64,000 nucleotides of DNA from Zootoca vivipara (Eukaryota). The position numbers and the translations under genes are program-made. This document shows, in pieces, positions 35,265 to 47,930 of the stretch. Each line of letters starts with the position of its first letter. The stretch's first letter is position 1. The notes beneath the pieces were generated by a model, which was not told the origin of the DNA, ran no database searches, and was given only the letters and a program-made list of their open reading frames with translations. The stretch is taken from positions 29,760,001-29,824,000 of the forward strand of contig NC_083288.1 in NCBI RefSeq assembly GCF_963506605.1. Direction: 5' to 3'.

Positions 35265-35765
35265 CAAGTGTAAACATCCTGCTTTTGGTGCCTTGTTTGT
35301 GCTCAATCAAAACATACTGTACACTTCAACAATACTGCAGGGTTTGTTACACAAATGATGGGTGTTCATAAACTTTTAAGATCTCAAAGTTCTTGCCTTA
35401 ATGAAGCATTTAATGAAAGGTACATGTTATCCAGTACATGTGTCAAAGTTATTCAGGGATATCTTCAATCAAAAGAGGTAGGGAATTATGCTGGGATGAT
35501 CAAAGGAAAAAGTAGGTGCATGGAGGCTAAATTGTAAGGGAGCATAATATGCAAGACTGCAAAACAGAGGTGAGGAACCTGTGAAACTCCAGGTGTTTCT
35601 AGATTACGGTGCTCATAATTCCTGACCATGTTGGTTGGCAATGATTGGAGTCCATCCCATCAAGATCTGGAGGCTCACAAATTCTTCGTCCCTGCTGTAG
35701 AGCATGCTTACTGCTTACACAGTGCATAGGCTATGTAGGAAGCTTAGCTTGCAGGTTTCTGCTTT

Positions 35766-36095
35766 GTAAAGGTAAAGGGACCCCTGACCATTAGGTCCAG
35801 TCGCAGACAACTCTGGGGTTGCGGTGCTCATCTCGCGTTATTGGCCGAGGGAGCCGGCGTACAGCTTCCGGATCATGTGGCCAGCATGATTCTTGTGAAC
35901 CAGAGCAGCGCATGGAAATGCTGTTTACCTTCCCGCTGTAGTGGTACCTATTTATCTACTTGCACTTTGATGTGCTTTCGAACTGCTAGGTTGGCAGGAG
36001 CAGGGACTGAGCAATGGGAACTCTCCCCGTCGTGGGGATTCGAACCGCCGACCTTCTGATCGGCAAGCCCTAGGCTCAGTGGTTTAACTACAATG
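35766..36095 (-). mobile_element. Sauria SINE
   Basis: (ACCTTT)n tail, conserved core, B box; head truncated. Confidence 0.9.
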
Positions 36096-36337
36096 TAATG
36101 CATTGTAAATTTGTAAGTGGCTTACCTTGTGTTTTAAACCTATAAGCAGCTCTCATTTACATTGCTTATTTTTACTTCACCATTCAGCCAATCTGGCAGT
36201 GCAGCTAAGAAGTAGTAATGCCTGAGTGGTTTGAATGGCCCAGCAACAGCCCTGTGAACAAAGCCTTTCCTCGCTGTTCTTACTATTCTTTTCTGTTACA
36301 ATCAGTGTAGGAAATGCCTGTTTGTGAAGGGGAGAAT

Positions 36338-36384
<47 letters not shown>

Positions 36385-36419
36385 GAGTATGCATAGAGTT
36401 GTTGAGCTTTTTACCAGAC

Positions 36420-36553
36420 CTTTAGAAGGCATCTCAAGGCAGCCCTGTTTAGGGAAGCTTTTAATGTTTGATGGATTTCTGTATTTTAGTGTTTTGTTGG
36501 AAGCCGCCCAGAGTGGCTAGGGGAACCTGGCCAGATGGGCAGGGTATAAATAA

Positions 36554-36594
<41 letters not shown>
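36420..36594 (+). mobile_element. L2 LINE 3' end with (ATT)n tail
   Basis: gaagccgcccagagtggct...gggtataaataaattattatt. Confidence 0.7.
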
Positions 36595-36595
<1 letters not shown>

Positions 36596-36599
36596 TCAT

Positions 36600-37345
36600 A
36601 ACTGTTTTGATAATAAACCAGAAAAGTAAAGCTTTGGGTTGACCATTCTATTCCAAGTGCTCTCATGACAATCTCGTGATACTAAGGGTAGTAGACCGGT
36701 GGGGTTTAATTTAGCCAAAGCCAATAATTAAATGTCCTATACCAAATCTGTAATTCAACAGAGGGGAGATTAGCCTCTAAGTGCAGTGAAGCATCAGGAT
36801 GGAACAGGAAAAATTTGCCTTAGGAACTTAGACTGAACAGCTTGTGTAGATCCCAGGTGAGCGCCTGGGCAAATCTGAGCCCCATATAATAACTGTGCTA
36901 GGGGTTTAGCGTTAAATACTGATGGTATGTGATTGCGTTAAAGTGCTGATGGTATGTGATTGCCAACTTTTGTATGGAAAAAAGTGTGTCAGAATTTTGG
37001 CGCTTTGAGACATTTTATCCTTTGCATATTTCTGATGTGCTCCCCATGACCCTGTTGACTGAAAAATAAGGCCGAGGTATTTTAAAACTTTAACTTGCTT
37101 GATCAACTGATTATCCACATATCATCTATGGGCCCCATAGTTTCTTGAAAACACCATGGCATTCGTTTTCTTGCAATTCACAGCCAGCTGTTCTCTTTGG
37201 CAGTATCCTGTGAATGCCCTCATCAATCTTTTAGGCCCACTTTTGTTTGAGATAGAAAGACTGCATCATCTGCATATAGTAATATAGAGATGGGTTTTGT
37301 GGCCAATTTAGGGGCATGATACTCTGAGGATGTTAAACTCTGGAC
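36600..37345 (-). mobile_element. Degenerate RTE-X-like fragment
   Basis: ORF 36912-37118 (QVKVLKYLGLIFQS) and adjacent LLYADDAV homologous to 61680-62330. Confidence 0.8.
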
Positions 37346-37382
<37 letters not shown>

Positions 37383-37580
37383 TGTGTGTGTGTGTGTGTA
37401 TAAACAGTGTGAGAGCTAGGATACAGCCATGCTTACCTTCCTTTGTGGCTGGTAAGGATACTGTGAACTGCCCATTTATAGAGCAACACACTTTCAGCAC
37501 AGTGTTTTTTTAAAAAAGGAAACTTCCAAAATTGTTGAGTTTTTTTAAGGAAGTTGTCTAACACAAAACGCCTTTGAAAT

Positions 37581-37790
37581 ACAGTGGTACCTCGACTTAC
37601 AAAGACGATCCGTTCCGCGGTCGCCTTTGTAAGTTGAGATTTCCGCAAGTCGAAGCACCGCTACGGTGCATGCGCAAAGCATGATTTTGTGCTTCTGCAC
37701 TGGTGAAGAACGCACGCTCCCGGCACACGTGCCGAAAATACTTCCAGAGGCTTCGACTTCGAATTCTTCAAGGTATGACTCTACCAGTAA
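37581..37790. mobile_element. Tigger-like DNA transposon end
   Basis: ta-cagtggtacctcgacttac terminus; second TIR not found. Confidence 0.55.
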
Positions 37791-37943
37791 TGGGACATAT
37801 GGCAGCATGTCTCATGAAATTTGAATGAAATGAGTGTTATGTGGGGCTGTTTTTACAGGTTGGGGGACTGTTAAGGTACCCATATTCAAATGCTGAAAGA
37901 TGTTTAACCTATAATAACAGCTCAAGGTTCTGAGTGTTTAGAA

Positions 37944-38193
37944 CAGGGGTAGGCAACCTAAGGCCCATGGGCCGGATGCATCCCAATCGCCTTCTCAATA
38001 CGGCCCGTGGATGGTCCAGAAATCAGAGTGTTTTTATATGAGTAGAATGTGTTCTTTTATTTAAAATGCATCTCTGGGTTATTTGTGGGGCATAGGAATT
38101 TGTTCATTATTTTTTTCAAAATATAGTCCAGGCCACCACATGGTCTGAGGGATGGTGGACCGGCCCACGGCTGAAAAAGGTTGCTGACCCCTG
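37944..38193. mobile_element. hAT (Charlie-like) MITE
   Basis: TIRs caggggtaggcaacct / aggttgctgacccctg; 8-bp TSD gtttagaa at 37936-37943 and 38194-38201. Confidence 0.9.
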
Positions 38194-38485
38194 GTTTAGA
38201 AGATCAAAGTAAACCCTTATTAAATGAGCTGCAGAACACTGATGTTAAGAAAACAGTGGTAAGCCACTATCTCTTATTATAACTCATCATTATTAAAGTT
38301 TTCATGTATTGAAAGGTTCACTTCTAAGACTTGTAGCTTATTTCCCTTATCTTTTTTTCTTTCCCCCGACTCTCTTCTGAAATTAATAAATCTTGCTTAG
38401 TAAGTTATGCTAACAGTTATCTTTCTATTTTGTTCCAGAGGTTGCAAGGATCTTAGTGATTTGTTTTTTTTTTTTTTTAGAAAAA

Positions 38486-39418
38486 ATGGATAATCAATCC
38501 TCCATTTCTGGATTTCTACTTCTTGAATTCTCAGCCATCCGGGAACAGCAGATTCTACTCTTCCTGTTGTTCCTGATATTGTACCTAGCAATTGTCTCAG
38601 GGAATCTTCTCATCATTTCTGCAGTAGTCTTCGACCACCACCTGCACACCCCTATGTACTTCTTCCTAATGAACTTGGCCATCCAGGATCTTGGCTCCGT
38701 TTCTGCCATCATACCCAAATCAATGGCTAATTCTTTCCACAATACTAGATACATTTCTTACTCTGGATGTGTGGCTCAAGTGTTCTGTTTTGTTTCCTTT
38801 GTGGGATCTGATTTCTTTCTCCTCACAGTCATGGCATATGATCGCTATGTTGCCATTTGCAACCCGCTACAATATGAAATGGTGATGAACAAGGCAGCCT
38901 GCACACAAATGGTTGCTGGTGTTTGGATCACTGGTCTTTTCTATGGCACATTGCACACTGGAGGGACCTTTGCAGTACAGTTTTGCTCCAATATTGTCAA
39001 TCAATTCTACTGCGAAATCCCAGAGTTACTGAAGGTCTCCTGCTCTGACTCATATCTAGCTGAAGTTGTCATTCTTGTGATCAGTGCAGTTATAGAGTTA
39101 GGCTGTTTTTTCTTCATTGTTGCTACGTACGTGCTAATCTTCACTGCAGTGCTGAGAATCCCCTCCATCCAGGGAAGGCAAAAAGCCTTCTCCACCTGCC
39201 TTCCACACCTCATTGTATTTTCTGTATTTATATTCACTGGCTGGTTTGCCTACCTAAGACCACCTTCTGATACACCATCTGGTATGGATTTGGCATTAAC
39301 TGTGATATATACCTTTGTTCCACCCATGTTGAACCCAGTGATCTATAGCATGAGAAACAAAGATATCCAGGTTGCTCTAGCAAAGCTGTCAGCTTCACTG
39401 TCCTCTTTTTGCATGTAA
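38486..39418 (+). CDS. Olfactory receptor, OR14-like (310 aa from MDNQS)
   Basis: LHTPMYFFL, MAYDRYVAICNPLQY, KAFSTCLPHL, PMLNPVIYSMRN; acceptor ttttgttccAG ~38438; ATG at 38486 rather than the GTG at 38456. Confidence 0.96.
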   Translation: MDNQSSISGFLLLEFSAIREQQILLFLLFLILYLAIVSGNLLIISAVVFDHHLHTPMYFFLMNLAIQDLGSVSAIIPKSMANSFHNTRYISYSGCVAQVFCFVSFVGSDFFLLTVMAYDRYVAICNPLQYEMVMNKAACTQMVAGVWITGLFYGTLHTGGTFAVQFCSNIVNQFYCEIPELLKVSCSDSYLAEVVILVISAVIELGCFFFIVATYVLIFTAVLRIPSIQGRQKAFSTCLPHLIVFSVFIFTGWFAYLRPPSDTPSGMDLALTVIYTFVPPMLNPVIYSMRNKDIQVALAKLSASLSSFCM

Positions 39419-40329
39419 CTGTGGGTTTTGTGTTTCCGTAAATACCTTCATTTGTGTGGAAGGCAGTTTTAAAAAATAATTCAGCTGGAAATATTGCTGA
39501 AATAGATGTAAAACCTGGCTCTTTTGTTTGAGGAACTGGTGACTCTTTTTGCTTTCTAAATCTTGTTCCAAAATTGTATGCACATAAATCATAAAACAGG
39601 ATATGACTAACAAAAATGGGTCATGACAGGAATACTAAATCTATTATTTTATGCTACAAAATAATGAATTCATTGTCATAAGCCAGTGAAATGAATTCTT
39701 CAACAAAGCAACTTGGAAAACACAGAATAATAGTAGTGCCTGCTTATCGACTCCATATTGCAATATATGTTGTATGTATTTCCCGTCTGTGTGTTGTTTC
39801 ATGTGTATATTTGGTAAAATCACACAATACAGTATAAAAATTATCTTTCAGCCCTCTTCACCATCTTCACTTTTGGCAACGGATTTTCCATTATGTCTGT
39901 TTGTCACACTATATTATAGCAGTGATCAATATTCATTAATTGCAAGGTTTTCCAAGTTCCATTACTGTTGTATCTGCTGTTAATAAATGCCTCTGCTATA
40001 TCAGTCTCTACAGCCACAGTACACACTGTAACTCTCCAACAGTTTCACTATACCACCAAGGGAACACTCTTCCAAGACAGAGGGATGCCAACAACATCTG
40101 CAAGTAAGATTAATCAAGCATGGTAGACACGGCCTTCTTAGTGGTGACCCCATGGTTTTTGAATTCCTTTCCAAGAGAAATTATGACCCTCTTTCCTCAG
40201 GGCATTACCACAACAGACTGATATCAGATCCTGACACCCCTATTCTGTCATTCTTTAATGAAGAAATTCTAGCTTCCTTTCAATGTGGGTGCCCAGCACA
40301 TGCATGTGATGTGAAACAACGGACAGAGG

Positions 40330-42522
40330 CATAGCTGCCAAGTCTCCCGTTTTCCCCGGGAAACCCCCGTTTTTAAAGCCATTTCCCGCTGTTATCCCGA
40401 ATGGGGGAATATCCCGTAATTCCTCCGTAATTTTTATTTTTATTTGCAAACTGAGCCAGGAAGTGTGCGCGTGAATATCACTCTTTAATTTTCCTATCTC
40501 TATGGACACACTCGCTCGGTCTTCCCGGGGGCAGCACTGGCTCCGCGTTTCCTTTTGCAGCCCGGGACCAGGAAGAGAGTATGGCGATTATTTCGCTTGT
40601 CCTCCCGCCAAGCGCCTTTCCTTCCTGGTCCCCAGCAACTGTTCCCTTGTGCCACAGTGCCTCTGGTGAGTGCAGGAGCCACAACGGGCTCAAGGTCCTA
40701 ATTTTTGGGGGAGGCGCTTCTTCCCCTCTAAACTTTGCTTTGTGCTGGGAAGGGAAATAGCTACAACTTCAGTACAAATGTTGGCAGCAGCAAATTTCTA
40801 TTTTTAAACTCCTCTTTGCTGTGGCTTCATCAGTTTCTGCATTCCCCCCCCCCAACACTTTTTTATATAAAATTGTTGGCATGAGGGTCCTAACATAATC
40901 TTCTTAGGGGTGGAATGAAGGTTGCTGAAGTTCTTAAGGTTTTTGGTTTCTAAGTGGGATTTTTTTAAAAAAAAGAAAGAAAAGAAAAATACATATTGAA
41001 ATTTTAATTGGAGTCATGGAATAAACAGATGTATTTTATGGCTTACAGATGCACCCACACAAACTCTCCAGCCCAGGTATATATAGCGGAGTTTTAAATG
41101 ACTAATTTAGAGGTCAGAGAGATAAACAACTACCTGACATTTAGAAAATACTGTATTTTAGACAGGGGGAAGAGGGATTTATCCAGACTGTGCAGTATAA
41201 CATGAGACCACATATGTTTTGGGGAGCTATGTTAGCTGATATTACAAATCAAAACAAATAAGCAGATTTTAATTTGCCCATTTGGTGCTTGGATGCTCCT
41301 TAAAAAAACATCTCTTCTTGTATCTACAGAACTCATTGTAATTTACACGCATTTACATGTGAAAAGGATCTAGGAGTCCTGGTATGCCACAAACTTGACA
41401 TGAGTCAACCGTGTGATGCAGCAGCTAAAAAAGCCAATACAATTCTGGGCTGCATCAATAGGAGTATAGCGTCTAGATCAAGGGAAGTAATAGTACCACT
41501 GTATTCTGCTCTGGTCAGACCTCACCTGGAGTACTGTGTCCAGTTCGGGGCACCACAGTTCAAGAAGGATACTGACAAGCTGGAACGTGTCCCGAGGAGG
41601 GCTTGGAAATGGTCAAAGGCTTGGAAACAATGCCTTATTAGGAACAGCTTAGGGAGCTGGGTATGTTTAGCCTGGAGAAGAGAAGGTTAAGGGGTGATAT
41701 GATAGCCATGTTCAAATATATAAAAGGATGTCATATAGAAGAGGGTGAAAGGTTGTTTTCTGCTGCTCCAGAGAAGTGGACACGGAGCAATGGATTCAAA
41801 CTACAAGAAAGAAGATTCCACCTAGACATTAGGAAGAACTTCCTGACAGTAAGAGATGTTCGACAGTGGAATTTGCTGCCAAGGAGTGTGGTGGAGTCTC
41901 CTTCTTTGGAGGTCTTTAAGCAGAGGCTTGACAGCCATATGTCAATAATGCTTTGATGGTGTTTCCTGCTTGGCAGGGGTTCGGACTGAATGGCCCTTGT
42001 GGTCTCTTCCAACTCTATGATTCTATGATTCTATGACCCTTGAAATATTTTTTAAAAAAATCTGCATTGATAAAACAGGTCAAATTTTGCAGAGATTCTT
42101 GGTCTTCTGAGTATAAGGTATTTTTGTTATTTTGTGTGTAAATATGTTGCAGTTGATAATGAAGATTATGGGGTTAAGCCAAAGGTCTTGTGGAAAAGGT
42201 GGGTTTTGAAGAGAGGTTTGAAGGAATATTTGAGGGGATATTGCATCACAGCTGAAAATGATACTGAGCTTTTAAAATTATAAACCCTCTTCACTTTTAG
42301 AGATTGTTTCTGCTGAATTACTACCTCTCTTTCTCTCTCCACACGGATGTAATAATGACATGCGCAGAAGCGATTTTCTGTCGGTGTCCAGACATGGGCA
42401 GAGCTGGCACTAGAATTCGCTTCTGTGCATGTCCAGACATGTGCAGAAACGACTTCCGGTGCCGCGCTGCTGGGTGAGTGCTGCTGATCCCTTATTTTTC
42501 AAATTGGAAATTGGTAACTATG
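40330..42522. mobile_element. Long non-autonomous hAT element (CATAG family) containing a nested CR1
   Basis: Termini catagctgccaa / ttggtaactatg; 8-bp TSD gacagagg at 40322-40329 and 42523-42530. Confidence 0.8.
41357..42036 (+). mobile_element. CR1 LINE 3' fragment
   Basis: [30 protein letters not shown]; (ATTCTATG)n tail. Confidence 0.95.
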
Positions 42523-42589
42523 GACAGAGGCCCAATGGAGCCTGCTGCGGCTGCAACAGGTTCCTTTGTGAGAAGTGGGCTTCTGCCCC

Positions 42590-43330
42590 CCCCCCAGGCA
42601 GAGCAAGGGGAGCAGTGGAGGCGGTTTGCCCCGGTGTCATCCTGAAGGGGGTAACATTGAGTGTGCCACCTGCCCGGCACCCGCAACTCTCAAGCGTACC
42701 CCAAGTTCATCCTCTCCCCTCCGTCCCTGCCTGCCTCCTCCAGCTGGGAGCACAGGGCAACGACATGGAGGCAAGCAGGCAGACAGGTGAGAGGATGGGA
42801 AGGAGGCAGGCGAGCAAACAATGGAGTGGGGCCCTGCAGTGCCTAGCGAGGTTTTCACCGGGCGGCTGCCGGGACTGGCTTCCTCCCTTGGCCAATGTGT
42901 GCTTTCCCTTCCTGATGTGGTGCGCACCCTCCCTGGACGGAGTCGAGGGGTGGGCCAGTGAGGGGTGTCACAAGCGGCGCCTCGCTGGCCCGCCCCTCGA
43001 CTCCACCCAGGGAGAGCGTGCAGCAGCGGGAAGGGAGAGTGCACGTTGGCCGAGGGAGCAAGCCACATGCCAAAAACCTCGCTAGGCACTGCAGGGCTTG
43101 CTCAGCCAACACGCACTTTCCCTGCTGCAGTGCGCGCTCTCCCTGGACGGAGGGGAGGGACGGGCCAGCAAGGGGCGTGACGCCACCTCACGTTCATTTG
43201 GGGGCGGGGCGCGCTGCAGCAGGGGTGGAGCACATGTTTTTGGGGCAGGGTGGGCAGCCGTGATGGCTCCCCTGGGATCATGCCACTCGGGGCGGCCCAC
43301 CCCCGTCGCCCCTATCTTCCTACGCCCCAG
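42590..43330. mobile_element. GC-rich hAT (Tip100-like) non-autonomous element with internal foldback
   Basis: Ends cctacgccccag; left part resembles 45108-45420; internal inverted repeats 42830-43100. Confidence 0.55.
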
Positions 43331-43604
43331 GATTTGGACTTTCAGGTTTTTCTTCATCACTTAGCCTTAGGCAAGGGGCAGTTTTATATTTGCACATCAG
43401 ACTAGATTAAAGTAATAGATCCTGCTAGCAGAAGCCTGTGCAGAACTTCCACTAGTGCAATGAGTCCCCTCCCTCCAGTTTCCTTCCCCTGTCCCTCAAA
43501 TTGGCTAGGAGGCAGGGGGTAGGAAGTGTGTGGAAGTAGAAGAGAGGGAATTGTTCCTTCTGGAGAGTTGAAATGCTCACACTGACAAAAATACTACCAT
43601 AGCA

Positions 43605-43893
43605 AAGGTTAGGTAAAAGGTAATGGGCCCCTGGATGATTAAGTCCAGTCAAAGGCGACGATGAGGTGCAGTCCTTATCTTGCTTCAGGCCAAGGGAACT
43701 GCCCTTTACCTTCCTGCCACAGCGGAAACTATCTACTTGCACTTTGACGTGCTTCCGAACTGCTAGGTTGGCAGGAGCAGGGACCGACCAACAGGAGCTT
43801 ACCCCATCACATCACATGGATTCGAACCGCCAACCTTCCGATCAGCAAGCCCAAGAGGCTCAGTGGTTCAGACCACAGTGCTACCCGTGTCCC
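43605..43893 (-). mobile_element. Sauria SINE
   Basis: 13-bp TSD tactaccatagca at 43592-43604 and 43894-43906. Confidence 0.88.
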
Positions 43894-45107
43894 TACTACC
43901 ATAGCACTATGTTGACAGGGGCTCTATGCCTTAATGCAGAGATGTTGGATTCCCAACTCCCATAAATTCTAACCAACATGGCCAATAGTTAGGGATGCTG
44001 GGAGTTGTAGTTCAGCAACATCAAGAAGGCTATGACCAGTCATGCAGATATTAAAAGGCGCAGAGAAAAAGTTGGCCATCCTTGAAGCTCAATTTTAATA
44101 TGTGTGTGTTTGATTAAGACTTACCTCCAAAGGTTTAGAAATGTAGCAGGTATCAGATTTAAATGAAATTCATGCAATAGGAGCACATCAGCTGAGCATG
44201 CATCCCAGCACTCAGTAAGCTGCTGTGACCAGATTGCAAAGCTTTTCATGTGTAAAAATCACTCACATCTGTTCCAATTTGGACACCACATTAGCAGTAG
44301 TTTCAGAGGTACTTTCCAATTTGTATGAGGATGTGGATCCTTAAAGTATTTAGGGCAATCACCTGCACACTCAGTCCTCGCCTATCAGAGGACAGCTAGC
44401 CAAGCACATAAGAAAAGTGTGTGTCAATGGGCTATGGTACCTTCAGTGGGTGAATAGTTCTACCAGAAAACTGCTGAAGAAGATTGTTGTTGAAAGGACC
44501 CTGTCTGAACTCACCATAGTGGATAATGTCTGGCAACTCAACAATTTATCTTGTAGGCAAGCATGCAATGGTGTCTCCCAGCCAAAGTTTTGTGGAGGAT
44601 CAAGATAAATTTCAATATGATTCCTGGCCTTACTTTGGTACTGAAATGGATTTGGTAGTTTCCAACTTTTTTTGCCCTTGAACCACTTGAATATTGCTTG
44701 ACAGGCTACTTAATGATTTTTCTGCCTGTTGTAGTGATTATAATGTGCTGTGCTAGATGCTGTATGATTTTTAATTTTAATTTTGCTAACACTGCATAGG
44801 CCACCTGAATGAAGCTCTCACAGGCCACAGTTTGGTTACTGCTCTAGACAATCTACACTAGGATCTAGACACAGGGAGTCTTGTCTCTGATGGTCTGCTG
44901 AGCCTGTCAACAGCTTTCAGTACTATCCACCACAATATGGTTCTCATGGACCTGCCTGGGATAGACCCTGCTTGTTTGCAGCAGTATCATTCCTTCATGG
45001 AAACACACAGTTCTGAAAGATGGTACTGAGGACGATTGCTCATCTTGTCTCCCACACTGTTCAACATCTAGATAAAACTTAGCAAGATCTGAAGATTCTG
45101 AGTCCAC

Positions 45108-45500
45108 TAGAGGCATAGGAAGGGGTGTGTGATGGGGGCAGATCACCCAAGGTGTCACCACTGAGGGGGGTGACATTCGGTGCACCGCCTGCCCGCGACT
45201 CCCAATCCTACCCTGAGCTGTCGGGGGAAGGGGGGAGCTGCGCCGCTTTGCCAGTGGCCTTCCCCCTTCATTTTGACAGCTTGGGGGAGGCTTAGGAGTT
45301 GTAGGCGTGTGGCGTGCCATTGTCCTGCACTCCCGGGCTGCTGGAGGAGGCAGGCCAACAGGCAGGGAGAGGACGGGAAGGAGGCAGGCGAGCAAACAAG
45401 TGGAATGGGGAGGGAAGGAAAGAAGCAGAAGCTCCCTCAACTCAGGACCCAAACCCTGGAACACACAGGAGGAGAGGTGGGGTGTGAGAACAAAGTTGGG
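45108..45500. mobile_element. hAT (Tip100-like) fragment related to 42590-43330
   Basis: Shared ggtgtca..gaggggg.gacatt and ggaaggaggcaggcgagcaaaca motifs. Confidence 0.5.
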
Positions 45501-45509
45501 GGGGGGGGA

Positions 45510-46730
45510 GAGAGTTTTAAGTGCTTATGCTCAGGATCCAGGCCCCGGATTCCTTTTTTCAAAAAAAAATCAATTTTTATTAAGTTTTTCACTTACAAAC
45601 CAATCATATCATATCAATTATTCCAAATTATACAAATACATATCTATTAAACCAAATATTATACCAAATCATAAAAATTTTGACTTCCCATGCTTCAAAA
45701 TCTGAGGGTTCTGAGTAACGATACTTGCTGCCATTTATCCAAATTCCAAATTCTTTCCAATCATTATAGTCCAATATAGTCCCAATCTTTCCCAACAGTT
45801 CTTTCTTGTTATTCTCTTCCTCTTGTCACAGCTTCTGAGATATTTTCAAGCAAGATTTAACACAAAGTTACTATTCCTGTGTGGATTTTCTGTCCAGCCT
45901 CCCCATAAATCCTTGCATTTCTTTTTCAAGCTGGCATGTTTCCCAGGCCGCTCCAACTATCCAAAATGGACAGTCGCTATCTTGAAGATCCCATTAATCA
46001 TGTCCCGGCTTCTGCTCAATAAATCCACTGATTGCAGAATTGCAGTTTTTTCAGGCGAGGTTCAGCCAAATACAAACATTAACACTCTTCTTATAACAGA
46101 CGTATGGCTCTCCCCGCCCTTTAACTGCTCCTCCGCTCTCCTCAAACTCCCTTTAAGCGGCCTGAATTAAAAGTGTATCACAAATCGTAAATCCTCTTAG
46201 AACTGTCTGCAAAGAATTTTAATCAGCTCCAACAGTTGATATAACCCAGATTCCTTTAATGGAATACACTTGGTCAATGGAGGGGCAGGTGTTGGCCGAC
46301 CTCCCCTCCCCCCCAATCAATAAGCCAATGCCCAGCCTAACCACCAAACGTTACAAAGGTGTGACGGTTGCTAAGAGGTAAACCAAATGGCCAGTGCCAA
46401 TCTGCCAAATGGAAAAAAATCCTACCCAGTCCCTGTCCCAAGACAGGTGACCAATCAAAGTCCAAAGCAAGGCCAGAGGACACCTAAATTAAAGGGCAGG
46501 TGGGCGGGTGTTCGGCAGCATGAAGCAGGTGCTTGGCACATGACGTCGTGCTGCCGCCTTTATACCCCCTCATGATCACCCCATTCAAAATGATTGGCCA
46601 AGAGGCCTGGAGTGATCGTGGTGTCACCTGGTGTGAGGGTATTACTCCGCCCATGCCAGGGAAGGGGGGAACTGGGTTGAGGGCCTGCCCACAACCAGGA
46701 CCATCTTTTAAGATGATCCTATTTGTCAAA
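45510..46730 (-). mobile_element. LTR-like element interrupted by a poly(A) retroelement
   Basis: Homologous to 48970-49690 and to the reverse complement of 50062-50845. Confidence 0.6.
45557..46244 (-). mobile_element. Poly(A) retroelement, same family as 5665-6597
   Basis: 3' ~500 bp align by eye with 5680-6100; TSD ccc(g/a)gattccttt at 45544-45556 and 46245-46257. Confidence 0.75.
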
Positions 46731-47219
46731 ATTGCTCAGAGGGCATGGGAGATTTAGAAGTATGCCACCATCACCCATGCCCCAGTGTCCTCCTTTAAAA
46801 TGTATTAAGAGCAATAGATACCATTTGGCCACTTTGTATGTAGGTCACAGTGGAGACTTGCTTCCAATTCCTCCTATGTGTGTTCACTATAGACATACAT
46901 TACCTGGCAACTGCCTTATAGTAAATCAGACCATTGGTCTATCTAGCCCAATATGATCTGTTCTCATTGACAGTAGTCTCCATATGGTGGTCCCCCCCCC
47001 CACAGTAATAACTGGAATACTGCTTGAATGGTGGCTTGAGTATGTATTATAAAATCACAAAAGGGACATTAAATAAGTCATTACTTTGTAGAGTTTATTC
47101 TTCTGGTTTGTGTGTGAGAGAGATTTATTTTGCTATTTTTTAAAAAAATGAGCAAGCAAAAATAATCAACATTTTGAAAATAATTCTTTTTGAAATACTG
47201 ATAACTGTCCATAAACTGT

Positions 47220-47930
47220 TTTAACTCATCTCCAGGGAAATTAGAGGAGGAACACATGAGGGTTTTTTCTGCTTCATTTACTAGTATGTTTTCTGAGATG
47301 GAATTATTTCACCATAGTTCAGTGAACATCATTCTTAATTGACCTTCTCATCTGCTGAATATTGTTGTCATGAATTAACCAAAAGCACATTACCTTTAAA
47401 AAGAAGCTTTTACCCTTTTTTATTTTTCCAAAAATTAGACAAAGAGAAATATGCCCCATAAATTTGCATTCTCGGGATTATTGTGCTTTCCAATTAATAT
47501 AATGAAGCCTAATTATCCCAACTTTTTTGAGGTGGTTGTAGACTCAGTTAAAAAAATTAATGATCTCTCTAGAGATAATCTTGTATCTGTACAACTATTT
47601 ACACTAATTAAGCTAGACTGTGAAATGTAAAATAATGAGGAGAAGCATAATTTGTCTTTAAATTAGTTTAATTCCTACAATAAAGAGGAATAAATATTTC
47701 AAACAGTATTCCAGTTGAATTAATATGTTGTATCTCTTACAGCTTTAATTGTGGTCTTTATAAACTGAAGGGAACAAGAAAAAATGTTTGGTAGATGCCA
47801 CAGTAATTCTAAGTGAAGTGATTTTAGAATTAAATAGTCAACACACTTTGCAAATCAAATTAATTCAGCATGGATGTTGCCATGGACACTTGAATTGTTC
47901 CTCCTCATTCCCTGAGATGCTGATTAAAAA
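47220..47930. promoter_or_regulatory. Candidate OR enhancer (Ebf/Lhx2 motif cluster)
   Basis: TCTCCAGGGAAATTAG 47229-47244, TTCTCGGGATTA 47469-47480, TAATGA 47558-47563 next to TCTCTAGAGA 47566-47575, CTAATTA 47509 and 47604, TTCCCTGAGA 47908-47917. Confidence 0.35.

Noticed and set aside
38456-38485. N-terminal extension MICFFFFLEK
   Set aside because: GTG start through a poly-T tract; paralogs start at MDNQ (38486)
42429-43364. Long overlapping GC-rich ORFs
   Set aside because: Stop-poor GC-rich transposon sequence with no protein features
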